Assembly (NCBI GenBank): GCA_965249725.1
Contig: CBDFMQ010000001.1
Coordinates: forward strand, 64,001 to 128,000
Length of the DNA: 64,000 nucleotides
Source of the DNA: Longimicrobiales bacterium
Lineage (GTDB): Bacteria > Gemmatimonadota > Gemmatimonadetes > Longimicrobiales > Gaopeijiaceae
Reading direction: 5' to 3'
Shown: piece by piece, positions 35,778-45,737 of the stretch
How positions within the stretch are numbered: the stretch's first letter is position 1
How the letters are laid out: every line of letters begins with the position of its first letter
Program-made: the position numbers and the translations under genes
Notes under the pieces: generated by a model
The model's input: only the letters and a program-made list of their open reading frames with translations
Databases searched by the model: none
What the model was told of the DNA's origin: nothing

Positions 35778-36413
35778 ATGAGCGACGTCGAGATCATCGG
35801 CACTCCGGAGCGCAGGGTCTCCAGACGAACCTTCATCATGGGTGTCATCGCCACGGGGGCGACGACCTCATCGGTGGGCTATCTGTTCCGAGGGTCCACA
35901 CCACTCCTGGGTGCTACGGCGGTCCAGGGTTCGGTGGAACGGCTCGTGACGCTCAACGTCAATGGCCAGCAACGTCGAGTCGACGTGCTGAAGCAGGAAA
36001 CGTTGGCCATGACGCTGCGCTACAAGCTCGGACTCACCGGCACCAAGCTCGGGTGTGATCGGGCCGAGTGCGGCGCGTGTACCGTCTTGATCGACGGCGT
36101 GCCGAGTTATGCCTGTTCCGTGTTGACTCAGACGGTCCGCGGGCAGGAGATCACGACGATCGAGGGACTGGAGAGCGCTGACGGGACGCTCCATCCGGTC
36201 CAGCAGGCGGTGATGGATGAGGGTGGGTTCCAGTGCGCTTTCTGCGCACCGGGCTTCATCATGAGTATGGTGGCGATGGTCGAGGCCAATCCGACCCCGA
36301 CGAAGGAAGAGGCGGCGCACGCGCTCTCCGGCAACCTCTGCCGCTGCGCCGACTACAACAAGATCCTTACTTCCGCCATGCGAGCTGCCGAGTATTCTCG
36401 GCAGCGGGCTTAA
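35778..36413 (+). CDS. Xanthine-dehydrogenase-family 2Fe-2S subunit with Tat signal (PaoA/YagT-like)
   Basis: SRRTFI twin-arginine motif; GCDRAECGACTV, QCAFCAPG, GNLCRC. Confidence 0.92.
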   Translation: MSDVEIIGTPERRVSRRTFIMGVIATGATTSSVGYLFRGSTPLLGATAVQGSVERLVTLNVNGQQRRVDVLKQETLAMTLRYKLGLTGTKLGCDRAECGACTVLIDGVPSYACSVLTQTVRGQEITTIEGLESADGTLHPVQQAVMDEGGFQCAFCAPGFIMSMVAMVEANPTPTKEEAAHALSGNLCRCADYNKILTSAMRAAEYSRQRA

Positions 36414-36422
36414 GGGGGCATC

Positions 36423-38819
36423 ATGGCCGAGAAACTAGTAGGACAAGACATCGCCGCTCCCGATCTTCGCGCGAAGATCACGGGTCGGGCCAAGTACGCC
36501 GAAGACTTCAGGGTCGACGGCATGGTGTTCGCCAAGCTCCTTTTGAGTCCCATGCCCCACTGCCGCGTCAGGCGCATCGACGCCAGTGCGGCGCTCGCGA
36601 TGGAGGGGGTCTTTGGCGTCCTCACGGCCGAGGATGTGCCGGCGGTCGACGCTCCCGGTGAGGCGTGCCTCACCATGGAGCCACACTACGAGGGAGAGCC
36701 TATCCTCGCAGTGGCGGCCGTGGACGAGACGACCGCCGCGGATGCGATCGAGGCGATCAAGATCGACTACGAGCCCCTACCGTTCGTGTTGAATCCTCTG
36801 GACAGCCTCAGGCCCGATGGCCCGAGCGCCCGCCTGGACGGCAACACACGGGTCGGGCGGGAACTCGCCACCATCAAGTGGACCGAGGAGGACTTCGCCA
36901 ACGCTTCGGAGGGGACCATGCCCATGGGTGAGGCCGGGGCGGAATGGAGCGTAGGCGATGTAGAGGCCGGCTTTGCTGAAGCCGACCTGATCATCGACGA
37001 GACGATGACGCACCAGTCGCTCACGCACCATCCGCTCGAGCCTCGCACCACGATGGCGTATTGGCAGAACGGCAGGCTCTACATGCACACGTCCACGCAG
37101 AGCCTGGCGAGAACGAGGGCTGCTGTGGCCGGCATGCTCTCCATGGACATGGCGGACGTGGTCGTGGTGGGCGAGTTCTGCGGAGGTGGCTTCGGGAGCA
37201 AAATCACGGGCAGCACACACATGATCATCCCGGCGGTCTTCTCCCAGAAGATCAACCGCCCCGTCATGATGCGGATCAACCGCTACGAGGAGACCTACAT
37301 CGGCCGGGCCCGCCCCGGCTTCCAGGCTCAGGTCAAGATCGGCTTCCGCGCCGACGGCCGCATCACCGCCATGGATATGTACATCCTGAACGACGGCGGG
37401 CCCTATGGAGGCTCCGGCGACAACATGTCGGCCGGCTCGACGGCGTCCCTGACCTATACGCCGCTCAACCAGCGGCACCGCGGGGTCGGGGTCTACACCA
37501 ACACGCCACCCAAGGCGGCCCAGCGCGGCCCAGGCGGAGCCCAGATCATCGGAATGCTCGAGCCGTTGATGGACAAGGCGGCGCGTGAGCTCGGGATCGA
37601 CCGCCTGGAGCTCAGGCGCATCAACGCGCCGGGCGGCGACGTGGCCTACGGGCCCCGCGGCAGCACGCTCACGAGCGTCTTCGTCAAAGAAGCCATCGAC
37701 AAGGGCGCCGAGATGTTCGGTTGGGAGGACCGGATCGCCAGGAGTGGACAGCGCAACGGCTCCAAGGTCACCGGCATCGGCGTCGGAGTCAGTCCGTACA
37801 CCGCGGGCAGCTCGGGCTTCGATGGTCTGCTCGTCATCCGCCCCGACGGCAAGGTGCACATCCACCAAGGAATCGGGAATCTGGGAACCCACTCGGTTGC
37901 TGACACGGCGAGAGCCGCGGCCGACGTGCTGGGGGTCTCCTGGGACGACGTCGAGGTCGTTTCCGGTGACACCAGCAAGAACCTGCCCTGGAGTTCCGTA
38001 CAGGCGGGAAGCCAAACCACCTTCGCCCACACCCGGGCCAACCACGCCGTCGGGACAGCCGCCAAGCGCCTGCTGCAGCAGATTGCCGCCCGTGATCTGG
38101 GTGGGTCCGCGGCAGACTACGATACAGCCGACGGCCGCGTCTTCCGTCGCTCGAGTCCCTCGACGGGCATGAGCCTGGCCCGGGCCTCCACTCGCGCCAT
38201 TGAATTGGGTGGGCGATACAGTGGCGAGGAGTTCGACGACGACCTCAACGACATGACCAAGGCGGCGGTCGCCGGATTGGCGGGCCAGGGTCTCGTGGCG
38301 GCCGCCAAGGACAACTACCCTCGGGACGGCGGGGTGCAATCCTGGGTCGTCGGTTTCGCCGAGATAGAACTGGACGTCGAGACTGGAGCGGTCGACATCG
38401 TGAACTACACCGCTGTGGCCGACTGCGGAACCATCCTTCACCCCCGCAGCTTAGGTGGCCAGATCCTCGGTGGGTCTATTCAGGGAATGGGCATCGCCCG
38501 AAGCCAGAAGTGGGTCTTCGACCCCGTCTGGGGAGTGTCCTTCGCCAAACGCCTCTATACTGCCCGACCACCCGGAATGCTCGACGTGCCCATCGATATG
38601 GAGTGGGCGGCCGTGGAGATTCCCGATCCGCAGTCGCCGGTTGGCGCCAAGGGCATCGGGGAACCGTGTGTGGGAGCCGGTTCAGCCGCGCTCACGTCGG
38701 CCATTGCCGACGCGCTGGGTGGTAAGTGCTTGTGTCGTACGCCACTGACGGCGGACGTCCTTCTTGCCGAAATCGAGGGACGCGCGCCTGCGTACGGTCC
38801 TCTCGACCTTCACGTTTAA
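36423..38819 (+). CDS. Xanthine-dehydrogenase-family molybdopterin-binding subunit
   Basis: KITGRAKY..D, GGGFGSK, QRGPG, AGSQT, GQI.GG..QG.G, GAKGIGEP. Confidence 0.95.
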   Translation: MAEKLVGQDIAAPDLRAKITGRAKYAEDFRVDGMVFAKLLLSPMPHCRVRRIDASAALAMEGVFGVLTAEDVPAVDAPGEACLTMEPHYEGEPILAVAAVDETTAADAIEAIKIDYEPLPFVLNPLDSLRPDGPSARLDGNTRVGRELATIKWTEEDFANASEGTMPMGEAGAEWSVGDVEAGFAEADLIIDETMTHQSLTHHPLEPRTTMAYWQNGRLYMHTSTQSLARTRAAVAGMLSMDMADVVVVGEFCGGGFGSKITGSTHMIIPAVFSQKINRPVMMRINRYEETYIGRARPGFQAQVKIGFRADGRITAMDMYILNDGGPYGGSGDNMSAGSTASLTYTPLNQRHRGVGVYTNTPPKAAQRGPGGAQIIGMLEPLMDKAARELGIDRLELRRINAPGGDVAYGPRGSTLTSVFVKEAIDKGAEMFGWEDRIARSGQRNGSKVTGIGVGVSPYTAGSSGFDGLLVIRPDGKVHIHQGIGNLGTHSVADTARAAADVLGVSWDDVEVVSGDTSKNLPWSSVQAGSQTTFAHTRANHAVGTAAKRLLQQIAARDLGGSAADYDTADGRVFRRSSPSTGMSLARASTRAIELGGRYSGEEFDDDLNDMTKAAVAGLAGQGLVAAAKDNYPRDGGVQSWVVGFAEIELDVETGAVDIVNYTAVADCGTILHPRSLGGQILGGSIQGMGIARSQKWVFDPVWGVSFAKRLYTARPPGMLDVPIDMEWAAVEIPDPQSPVGAKGIGEPCVGAGSAALTSAIADALGGKCLCRTPLTADVLLAEIEGRAPAYGPLDLHV

Positions 38820-38834
38820 AGGGAGAAGCGAATC

Positions 38835-39836
38835 ATGGCGGTCATCAGAGACATGATCCCGGCGTTCGAGCTCTTCCAGCCGGCGAACGTCGAGGATGCC
38901 ATCGACCTGTTGGATCGGTACGGCGAGGACGGATGGGCGTTGTCGGGCGGTTTGGACAGCTTCGACTGGTTCAAGGACCGCATCAAGCGGCCCGTCGCGG
39001 TCGTCGACCTGGTCAATCTTGCCGAGTTGCGCGGAGTGCAGTCTACCGGCGAGGGCGTGGAAATCGGGGCCCTGACCACGATCACGGAGGTTGCGACCAA
39101 CCCGGAGCTGATGTCGAGCTACAGCGTCCTCACCGACGCTGCGTCGAGGGTCGCCACGCCGCAGATCCGGAATCGGGGCACGCTGGGTGGTAACCTCTCG
39201 CAGGACACCCGCTGCTGGTACTACCGGGGAGGTTGGCCCTGCTACCGCGCCGGCGGAAACACGTGCTACGCGGCAGCCCCCACGGCCATGAACCGGGAGC
39301 ACTGCATCCTGGGCTCGAGCCGTTGTGTTGCCGTGAACCCGTCGGATACGGCGTCGGCGCTGATCGCGCTCGATGCCAAGTTCGTGATCCAGGGTACACG
39401 CGGGGAGCGCGTGGTCGATGCGGAGGACTTTTTCATGCGCCCCAGCGTCGACATCGAGCGTATGACGATCCTGAAGCCGGGCGAGCTATTGACTGCGATC
39501 CGCCTGCCCGCGCGGTGGGCCGGAGCCCGCTTCTACTATGAGAAGGTCGAGGACCGTAAGGCCTGGGACTTCGCCCTTATTACGGTGGCGTCGGCCATGC
39601 GCATGAATGGGAATGTCATCGAGGAGGCGCGCTTGGCGGTGAACGGTGTCGCTCCGTATCCGGTCCGGCTCGCATCTACCGAGTCGCTGATTCAAGGACA
39701 GATACCGTCGGACGCCCTAGGGGCGCAGGCCGGCCTTCTGGCTGTCGAGAAGGCACAGCCGCTGAGGCACAACGACTTCAAGGTGCCCATGATGCGCAAT
39801 CTGGTCCGTCGGGCCGTTCGCGGAGCGGAGGGTTAG
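38835..39836 (+). CDS. Xanthine-dehydrogenase-family FAD subunit with 4Fe-4S insert (PaoB/YagS-like)
   Basis: ATPQIRNRGTLGGNL.Q..RCWYYR....C...GG..C...C.AV.PSD. Confidence 0.93.
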   Translation: MAVIRDMIPAFELFQPANVEDAIDLLDRYGEDGWALSGGLDSFDWFKDRIKRPVAVVDLVNLAELRGVQSTGEGVEIGALTTITEVATNPELMSSYSVLTDAASRVATPQIRNRGTLGGNLSQDTRCWYYRGGWPCYRAGGNTCYAAAPTAMNREHCILGSSRCVAVNPSDTASALIALDAKFVIQGTRGERVVDAEDFFMRPSVDIERMTILKPGELLTAIRLPARWAGARFYYEKVEDRKAWDFALITVASAMRMNGNVIEEARLAVNGVAPYPVRLASTESLIQGQIPSDALGAQAGLLAVEKAQPLRHNDFKVPMMRNLVRRAVRGAEG

Positions 39837-39838
39837 GT

Positions 39839-40777
39839 ATGGAACTCTGGAGGCGGGCGGCAAATCCGTGGAATCAGGAGGTCCTGATCGGGGTGTCGTG
39901 GGATCTCATGTGGGCTGCCATCATCGTGGGGGTGGGCTTCGTGGCGTTGCACGCCGTGTGGGCGCGCTTCCTGGCACCGCCCGCGACGGCGGCGTCCGAT
40001 GATGTCACTTCGAGCTTGCCGAGCCGGATCCTGCGGCATGCCATGTCGGAGCGCGTCTTCCACGGGCTCATGGCGGTGGCGATGCTCGTGCTGCTCATCA
40101 CTGCGTTCTTCCCGGTCGTGGGCATCCAGTTCGCTTGGGTGACGATCCACTGGGTTGCCGGGGTCATTCTCACCGTTCTCATCGTCTACCACGTCATCCA
40201 TGCCACGTTCTGGCAGAACTTCTGGGCGATGTGGATCGACAAGGCCGACATCAAGGCGGGCGTGGTGGAGCTCAAGCACATCTTGGGCAAGGACGGAGAA
40301 GAGGCTCCCAAGGCCGGGAAGTATCCCATCGACCATATCCTCTTCCATCATGGCGCGGCCGTGACGGGGTTGGTGACCATCGCCACCGGCTTGTTGATGA
40401 TGCTCCGGTTGGAGACACCGTTTTGGACCGCCAATCCGTACATGCTCGCCGACAGTTCGTGGGGAATCGTCTACGTCTTACACGGCCTGGCCGGCGTGGG
40501 GTTGATCACACTGACCATCACGCACATCTACTTCGCGATCCGTCCGGACAAATGGTGGATCACCAAGTCGATGATCTTCGGGTGGATTCCGAGGAGCGAG
40601 TACCTCGGGAACCACGATCCGAATCGCTGGGTTGCCGAGGGTGCCGACGAGCCCGAGTTGGTGCCGGTCGGGACCGAAGCGACAGCGGGTGCCACAGTCG
40701 GAGCGACAGCGGGTGAGGCCGCCGGTGCGACCCCCGGCGGCGATGGTTCGACGTTCGATTCAGGAGCGGCTTCCTGA
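39839..40777 (+). CDS. Membrane cytochrome b (FdnI/HyaC-like)
   Basis: ILRH...ERVFH, IHW, AGKY, LHG....L...HIYFAI...SMIFGW; five TM helices. Confidence 0.85.
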   Translation: MELWRRAANPWNQEVLIGVSWDLMWAAIIVGVGFVALHAVWARFLAPPATAASDDVTSSLPSRILRHAMSERVFHGLMAVAMLVLLITAFFPVVGIQFAWVTIHWVAGVILTVLIVYHVIHATFWQNFWAMWIDKADIKAGVVELKHILGKDGEEAPKAGKYPIDHILFHHGAAVTGLVTIATGLLMMLRLETPFWTANPYMLADSSWGIVYVLHGLAGVGLITLTITHIYFAIRPDKWWITKSMIFGWIPRSEYLGNHDPNRWVAEGADEPELVPVGTEATAGATVGATAGEAAGATPGGDGSTFDSGAAS

Positions 40778-40778
40778 A

Positions 40779-41180
40779 GTGACAGTCGACGACCTCAGAA
40801 GGCACATCGACACGATTGAAGAGAGCTACGAGTTCTTCCTCGCTTATGCCGCCCAAGGCTTGTCGGGTGACAGCGTCAGTGGCTCCGGTGGAGAGCTGCG
40901 GGAATACCTGAAGCGGACGGACGAAGCCCTGTCGGCACTCCAGGACATGTCAGGTGTCGCGGATGGACTCGAGCCTGCCGACGCCTACCAGGACGCGGGC
41001 AAGGTCGTCGAGAGGGACGCCGGGGACACCCGATCTGCGGTGCGCCTCGTGATGGCGCAGCCCGGCATCAGCTCGCAGCTCATCGACAACCTGAATGCCT
41101 CGGTTCATTTCCGGGCACTCCTGACCGACCTGTTTCTCTTCGACGCGGTTCTGAAGAGTTCCGCCCGAGAGGGTGGCTAG
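40779..41180 (+). CDS. Conserved helical hypothetical protein
   Basis: IEESYEF.LAYAAQG...ISSQLIDNLNAS.H.RALLTDLFL.D; GTG after AGGAG. Confidence 0.75.
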   Translation: MTVDDLRRHIDTIEESYEFFLAYAAQGLSGDSVSGSGGELREYLKRTDEALSALQDMSGVADGLEPADAYQDAGKVVERDAGDTRSAVRLVMAQPGISSQLIDNLNASVHFRALLTDLFLFDAVLKSSAREGG

Positions 41181-41204
41181 AGACCCGGCCACGGGCCTCG
41201 GCAT

Positions 41205-42497
41205 ATGAGCGCCGCCATCCGAACCTTCCTCCACAGTCGACGCGGGGAAGTGCCGGATCAGTTGGACCTGGCGGATCCCGAGCACCAGAGCCTCCTCACC
41301 GATCTGGCAGACGGGCTCCTGGCGTTGGATCGCTCCAAGGACGAGTTGGCCGAGAGCGCCCGCGAGTTCGCCGTCGAGCAAGGCCACCCGCGTAAGGAGC
41401 GGGAGACATTCGGCGTGGCGTTGAAACTCGCCCAGTCGCGATCGGAGCTCCTCCGGCGCGAGCACCCGAGCCGACTCACGATCGTCTTCGCGATGTACAA
41501 AGAGCACAACCGGATCCGCCCGCGCGCCGAGCATCCTCACGGCGAGGATGCGATCCGGCAGAAGGTGAGTCAATTGGAATGGCTGACGCGCGGCACCCGG
41601 ACGAGTTGGCGCCTCCTCGCCGTGGACGACGGCTGCCCGTGTCACAGTGGTGCGCTGGTGGAGCAGATCTTCGCCGAACTGGCTCTGGGGGAACGCGGTC
41701 GCGTCCTCTTCCTGGAGGACGCGATCCGCGAAGGGCGTGTTCCGACGCGGACACCGCTGAATTCCACCACCGACAGCCAGAAGGGAGCGTCGGTGCTGCT
41801 CGGGTTGTGGATGGCCGCCCAGGAAGGGCAAGACGATCACGTCGTCGTCTTCACGGACACGGACCTGTCCACGCACCTCGGACAAGCCGGCCTGCTCATG
41901 TACCCGATCCTCGAAGAGGGCCGCCAAGTGGCGATCGGATCGCGGCGGGAGGTCACTTCGATCGTGAGAAAGTCGGCCTCGCGTAGCGGGCGGGGCAATC
42001 TCTTCATCTACCTGTGGAAGCGGCTGCTACCGGCACTCGCCGAGGTCGTCGACACCCAATGCGGCTTCAAGGCATTCGACGCCGGGATCCTCCGGCACAT
42101 CGTGCCCGATGCGCACGAGGGGCGATTCGCGTTCGACATCGAACTGCTGCTGCGGGCACAGTTGCTCCGAGCCGGCTCGATCGCGGTGGTTCCGATCGGC
42201 TGGATCGACAGCGAGGCGGAGTCGACGACCAAGGATCTACAACCCTACCTGTCCATGCTCCGGAGCACCGTCGACTTCTACCGGTCGTACGCGCCCGTGA
42301 CCCTCGAGGGCGATGCGTTCGCTAGCCTCATCGACGATCTGGACGAGGGCTCCTGGCAACGGCTGCTGGAACGGATCCCAGCAGCCATTCTCGACCGCGA
42401 GCCCGCCGTATTCGCGGAATGGACCGGAGTGACCGCAGATGACCTGAGGAAGGCCGCAGCAGGCAGAGGGCCCTCCGGCGGCCTAGTGGGTTCATGA
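41205..42497 (+). CDS. Glycosyltransferase family 2 (dolichyl-phosphate glucosyltransferase-like)
   Basis: AVDDG, KG.SV..G, FTDTDLS, AIGSR, DTQCGFKAF, FAFDIELL. Confidence 0.85.
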   Translation: MSAAIRTFLHSRRGEVPDQLDLADPEHQSLLTDLADGLLALDRSKDELAESAREFAVEQGHPRKERETFGVALKLAQSRSELLRREHPSRLTIVFAMYKEHNRIRPRAEHPHGEDAIRQKVSQLEWLTRGTRTSWRLLAVDDGCPCHSGALVEQIFAELALGERGRVLFLEDAIREGRVPTRTPLNSTTDSQKGASVLLGLWMAAQEGQDDHVVVFTDTDLSTHLGQAGLLMYPILEEGRQVAIGSRREVTSIVRKSASRSGRGNLFIYLWKRLLPALAEVVDTQCGFKAFDAGILRHIVPDAHEGRFAFDIELLLRAQLLRAGSIAVVPIGWIDSEAESTTKDLQPYLSMLRSTVDFYRSYAPVTLEGDAFASLIDDLDEGSWQRLLERIPAAILDREPAVFAEWTGVTADDLRKAAAGRGPSGGLVGS

Positions 42498-43056
42498 TGT
42501 CCATCTGGCGTGCTTTTCGGGAGGCAAGGGGCTCCGCGGCCCCTACAGCGCTGGGATGCTCCTCGGCCGCGAGGACCTCATAGCGGCTGCGCTGCTCAAC
42601 GCCACTCCAAACGCCGCCACCGTCGGTCGCGGCATGAAAGTCAGCAAGGAGGAGCTCCTCGGCATGCTGGCGGCCGTGGAGTTCAGCCAGCAGTTCGACT
42701 ATTCAGTGGAGAACGTACGAGAGACCGGTCTGGTCAATCTCATCGCTGAGAGGCTTTCAGTGTTCCCGGGCATCACGACCCAGGTGTCGTATCCCACCAC
42801 CGAAGGCGGCAGACCCCATCTCCAGGTATTCTGGGACCGATCGACGATTCCGGTATCGATCGAAGAAACGCGGCAGGCGCTGCAAGATGGAGAGCCATCG
42901 ATCAGGACGCCGTACCTAGAGCTTGCCGACGGTCAGTTGGAGGTTGGCACAGCCATGCTCAAGGACCACGAGGTGGACGTCGTCGTCAGGAGGCTCGGCG
43001 AGGTGCTGGCTTCCCGAAACGGCGAACGGGCTAGCGCTTCTTCCGCAGTTTCTTGA
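42490..43056 (+). pseudogene. C-terminal half of a SelA-like PLP-dependent enzyme
   Basis: Frame opens after TAG at 42484 with LACFSGGKGLRGPYSAGMLLGR (PLP lysine) and GRGMKVSKEE; N-terminal half missing. Confidence 0.8.
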
Positions 43057-43213
43057 TTACCTTCTTGAAGTCCGGTCCCGGTGTGGTACCCACGGGGGCC
43101 GTTGGTCGTGGAGGCGGGGGAGTACGGGGCGGCTTGGGTGTGCAAGGCCACTCCGGGAGCTTGAGTGACGGCTTCTTGTCTCGAGGAGCACGTCCTCGGC
43201 TGCTCTTTGCCAT
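43031..43213 (-). CDS. Small basic proline-rich protein
   Basis: ATG 6 nt after AGGAGG; 60 aa. Confidence 0.45.
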   Translation of the reverse strand: MAKSSRGRAPRDKKPSLKLPEWPCTPKPPRTPPPPRPTAPVGTTPGPDFKKVIKKLRKKR

Positions 43214-43302
43214 CAGAGACCTCCTCGATGGATGCCCGGCCGCCTCGCAACCCGCGTGGTCGGACGGCCTGTCTATACTACGGTCTTCGACGACCCCAGG
43301 TG

Positions 43303-44500
43303 TCAAGGAGCCAGCTTCAACCGCTGTGTGTAGATCGTGCGGAACGCGGTCGGCCATAGAGTCAGACAGTCGTGGTCCGGTGTTGCGTCCTCCGGGCATG
43401 CCGTGAACCCGCGGGGCCCCGCGATCACGAAGAGGTCGACACCCCCGTCCCGCCGGAACACCAGACGCATGTAGCCGGGCGCAGCCACGCCGAGGGCCAT
43501 CCCGGGCACGTCCTTGATTCGTGTCGTCAGTTTGCTGGCGGAGCCACTCACGACCGTGTAGGTGGGGTCGCCGGATTCGGTGCCTGCGATCACCTGCAGG
43601 TTGTGGTCGTGCCCGGACGCGTACACGAGGGGGCTGCCGCCTCGGGAGAAGGCCTCCCTGAAATCGCTGATCATGTTCCGATACAGCTGGGACGAAAGGT
43701 CCTGGCTTATCGCGCCAGTTCGGTTCAGGAGCCAACGGACGCCGGCGCTCGACCAGGGGCTCAACGCTCCCCCGTGTTCACCGCCGGTGGCCATCGGGTG
43801 GTGTGCGGCGACGACTACCTCGCGATCCTCCGATGCCGCGAGAAGGTCGGTCAGTCGTCGGTTGGCCTCGACCAGTCGATCTCCGTTCTGGCCCTCCGCC
43901 AACCACCACTGAGTGTCGAGGAATACGATCCGGATACGCTCTCCAAGATCGACGTATTCCGGGCCGGTCAGTCCCGCTGCGGGCATGAGGCTGACCAACG
44001 TTCCGCCGGCTCGCTCTCGCGCGATCCCCGCTTCCAGGTTGTCGAGACGAGACATAGCGACGGGCCCCGACGTATTCCCCCAGTCGTGGTTTCCGGATAT
44101 GAAAATGCCGGACGTTCCGTGGGCCCGAGCCTGTGGGCCGGACACGGCGCCGATCTGATTCCCCAACCGCACCGAGTCCCTGAGATGATCATCGACGGAG
44201 GAATCGTGATATCCGCTGGGGTAGACGTTGTCCCCCAGGAACAGGACCGTGACGGCCGAGTCCCGGGCCAGCGACTGCGACCAGTGTTCCACGTCTTCGC
44301 CGAGCTTGTGAAGTACGGGGTTTCCCACGCCATCGGCCCCCCCCCGCGTCGCCGACGAGGAAGACCACGGCCTCCACACTATCGGGTCGGGGATCGGCCA
44401 TGGGTGCTCCCGCCGGAGCCGGAGCCGTACCGTACGCGCAACCGGCGGCCACCCATGCTGCGTAGACGAGAGTCGGTAGCTGGGGGCGTCGTCCGGGCAT
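43303..44500 (-). pseudogene. Metallophosphoesterase lipoprotein, frameshifted in a G9 run
   Basis: Lipobox VAAGC and FLVGDAG in one frame; LGDNVY, GNHDW, AHHP, SGHDH in another; shift at C9 44337-44345. Confidence 0.82.
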
Positions 44501-44502
44501 TT

Positions 44503-45045
44503 TCAGAAACGGAGCCTGATCTGGAGAGGAAGGCCGGCCGCCGGGTGGGCATCCTCGCCGTTTCCGTTCGACGACACCAGTCCCGCAACGCCACCCACGA
44601 CCATTCCCACGGCCCCGCCGATGACTCCGCCTGCCCACCTCCTTTGGGGGTCGGCCCAAACCCGGTCGCCGATGAGCGCCCCGAGGCCGACGCCGGACGC
44701 CCAGCCCACGGCACCCCAGACCAGGGTGTCGCTCATACGATCCTCCGCGAAAGCACCGAGGGCGACGCCGGCCGCAAGGCCCGTGAAAAGCGGCAGCGCG
44801 GCCATGCCAACCGCCTCCTCATCCGAGTCCAGGAAGTCTCCTCGCCGCGATTCGGCCGTGATGTAGGCGGCGCTGAGCCAGAGGCCCGCGCCCGCCCCGG
44901 CCGCCGCTCCCGCGAACATGGCCAAGTCCTGCGCAGCGACGGCCCTAGGCGCTCCGAGCGGGCAGATCACGAGCGCGATCAGGACGAGTCGTGCCGCGCC
45001 TTGGATCTTGCCGGAGTCCCGGAGCATCTCTCTGGTTCGAGTCAT
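44503..45045 (-). CDS. Gly/Ala-rich membrane protein
   Basis: Signal peptide plus four hydrophobic helices; ATGA overlap with alkA-like gene. Confidence 0.7.
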   Translation of the reverse strand: MTRTREMLRDSGKIQGAARLVLIALVICPLGAPRAVAAQDLAMFAGAAAGAGAGLWLSAAYITAESRRGDFLDSDEEAVGMAALPLFTGLAAGVALGAFAEDRMSDTLVWGAVGWASGVGLGALIGDRVWADPQRRWAGGVIGGAVGMVVGGVAGLVSSNGNGEDAHPAAGLPLQIRLRF

Positions 45046-45662
45046 CGGTTGTCCGTGAGGCGCCAGAGGAACCATGCCGCGACACTGCGCAGCGGCTGCC
45101 ACACCCCAGCCCTTTCCAGAAGGTGGTCCGGTCCCGGACGGTCCTCCAGACCATCCAGGATCCTCAAGCCTTCTTGCACTCCGAGGTCGCCGGCCGGCAT
45201 CACGTCCAATCGCCCGAGCTTGAAGATCAGGAACATGTGCGCGGTCCACTCTCCAACGCCCCAAACGGTGGTGAGTTTCCGGATCACTTCCTCGTCTTCT
45301 TGGCGTCCGATGGTCCTCAATTCGAGGTCTCCGTTCACCGTCTTGGTCGCAAGGCCTTTCATCGCTCGCGTCTTGTTCCGGGAGAGACCCGCCCCCCGCA
45401 GCTCGTCATCCGACAAGGCTAACACCTGGTGAGCGGTGGGAAAGCCCCGAGCCGACGTCAGATCGCGCACCCTACCGTATATGGAGGCCGCTGCGTTTGT
45501 GGCGAGCTGTTGGTAGACGATCGACCGAGCCAACGCGTGGAAGTGTGGACCCCGCAGGACTCCGATCGGGAAGCCCGGAAATGGAGGGAGCCCCCTCATG
45601 GCCCTTCCCAAGACGGGGTCCCTACGCTTCAGTGCCCTCAACTCCACTACGGTCGGCTTCAT
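45042..45662 (-). CDS. alkA: DNA-3-methyladenine glycosylase II family
   Basis: LARSIVYQQL, LR.AGLS..K, HhH GVGEWTA.MFLIF.LGR.DV.P.GDLG, W.P.RS.AAW.LW. Confidence 0.9.
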   Translation of the reverse strand: MKPTVVELRALKRRDPVLGRAMRGLPPFPGFPIGVLRGPHFHALARSIVYQQLATNAAASIYGRVRDLTSARGFPTAHQVLALSDDELRGAGLSRNKTRAMKGLATKTVNGDLELRTIGRQEDEEVIRKLTTVWGVGEWTAHMFLIFKLGRLDVMPAGDLGVQEGLRILDGLEDRPGPDHLLERAGVWQPLRSVAAWFLWRLTDNR

Positions 45663-45710
45663 CGCGGGAAGATGACCCCTTTCGGCTTAGTGAGCCAGGC
45701 GGTTATGTTA

Positions 45711-45732
45711 CCGAACAAAACCCGAACAAAAC
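45711..45732. promoter_or_regulatory. GAAC-N7-GAAC direct repeat, candidate LexA box
   Basis: Perfect tandem CCGAACAAAAC x2, 5 nt before the radical SAM ATG and just after TATGTT. Confidence 0.65.
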
Positions 45733-45737
45733 GGTCC

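Noticed and set aside
36777..45432. Long antisense ORFs (36777-38441, 43372-45432; also 30159-31121)
   Set aside because: Shadow frames of well-supported genes in GC-rich DNA, no motifs
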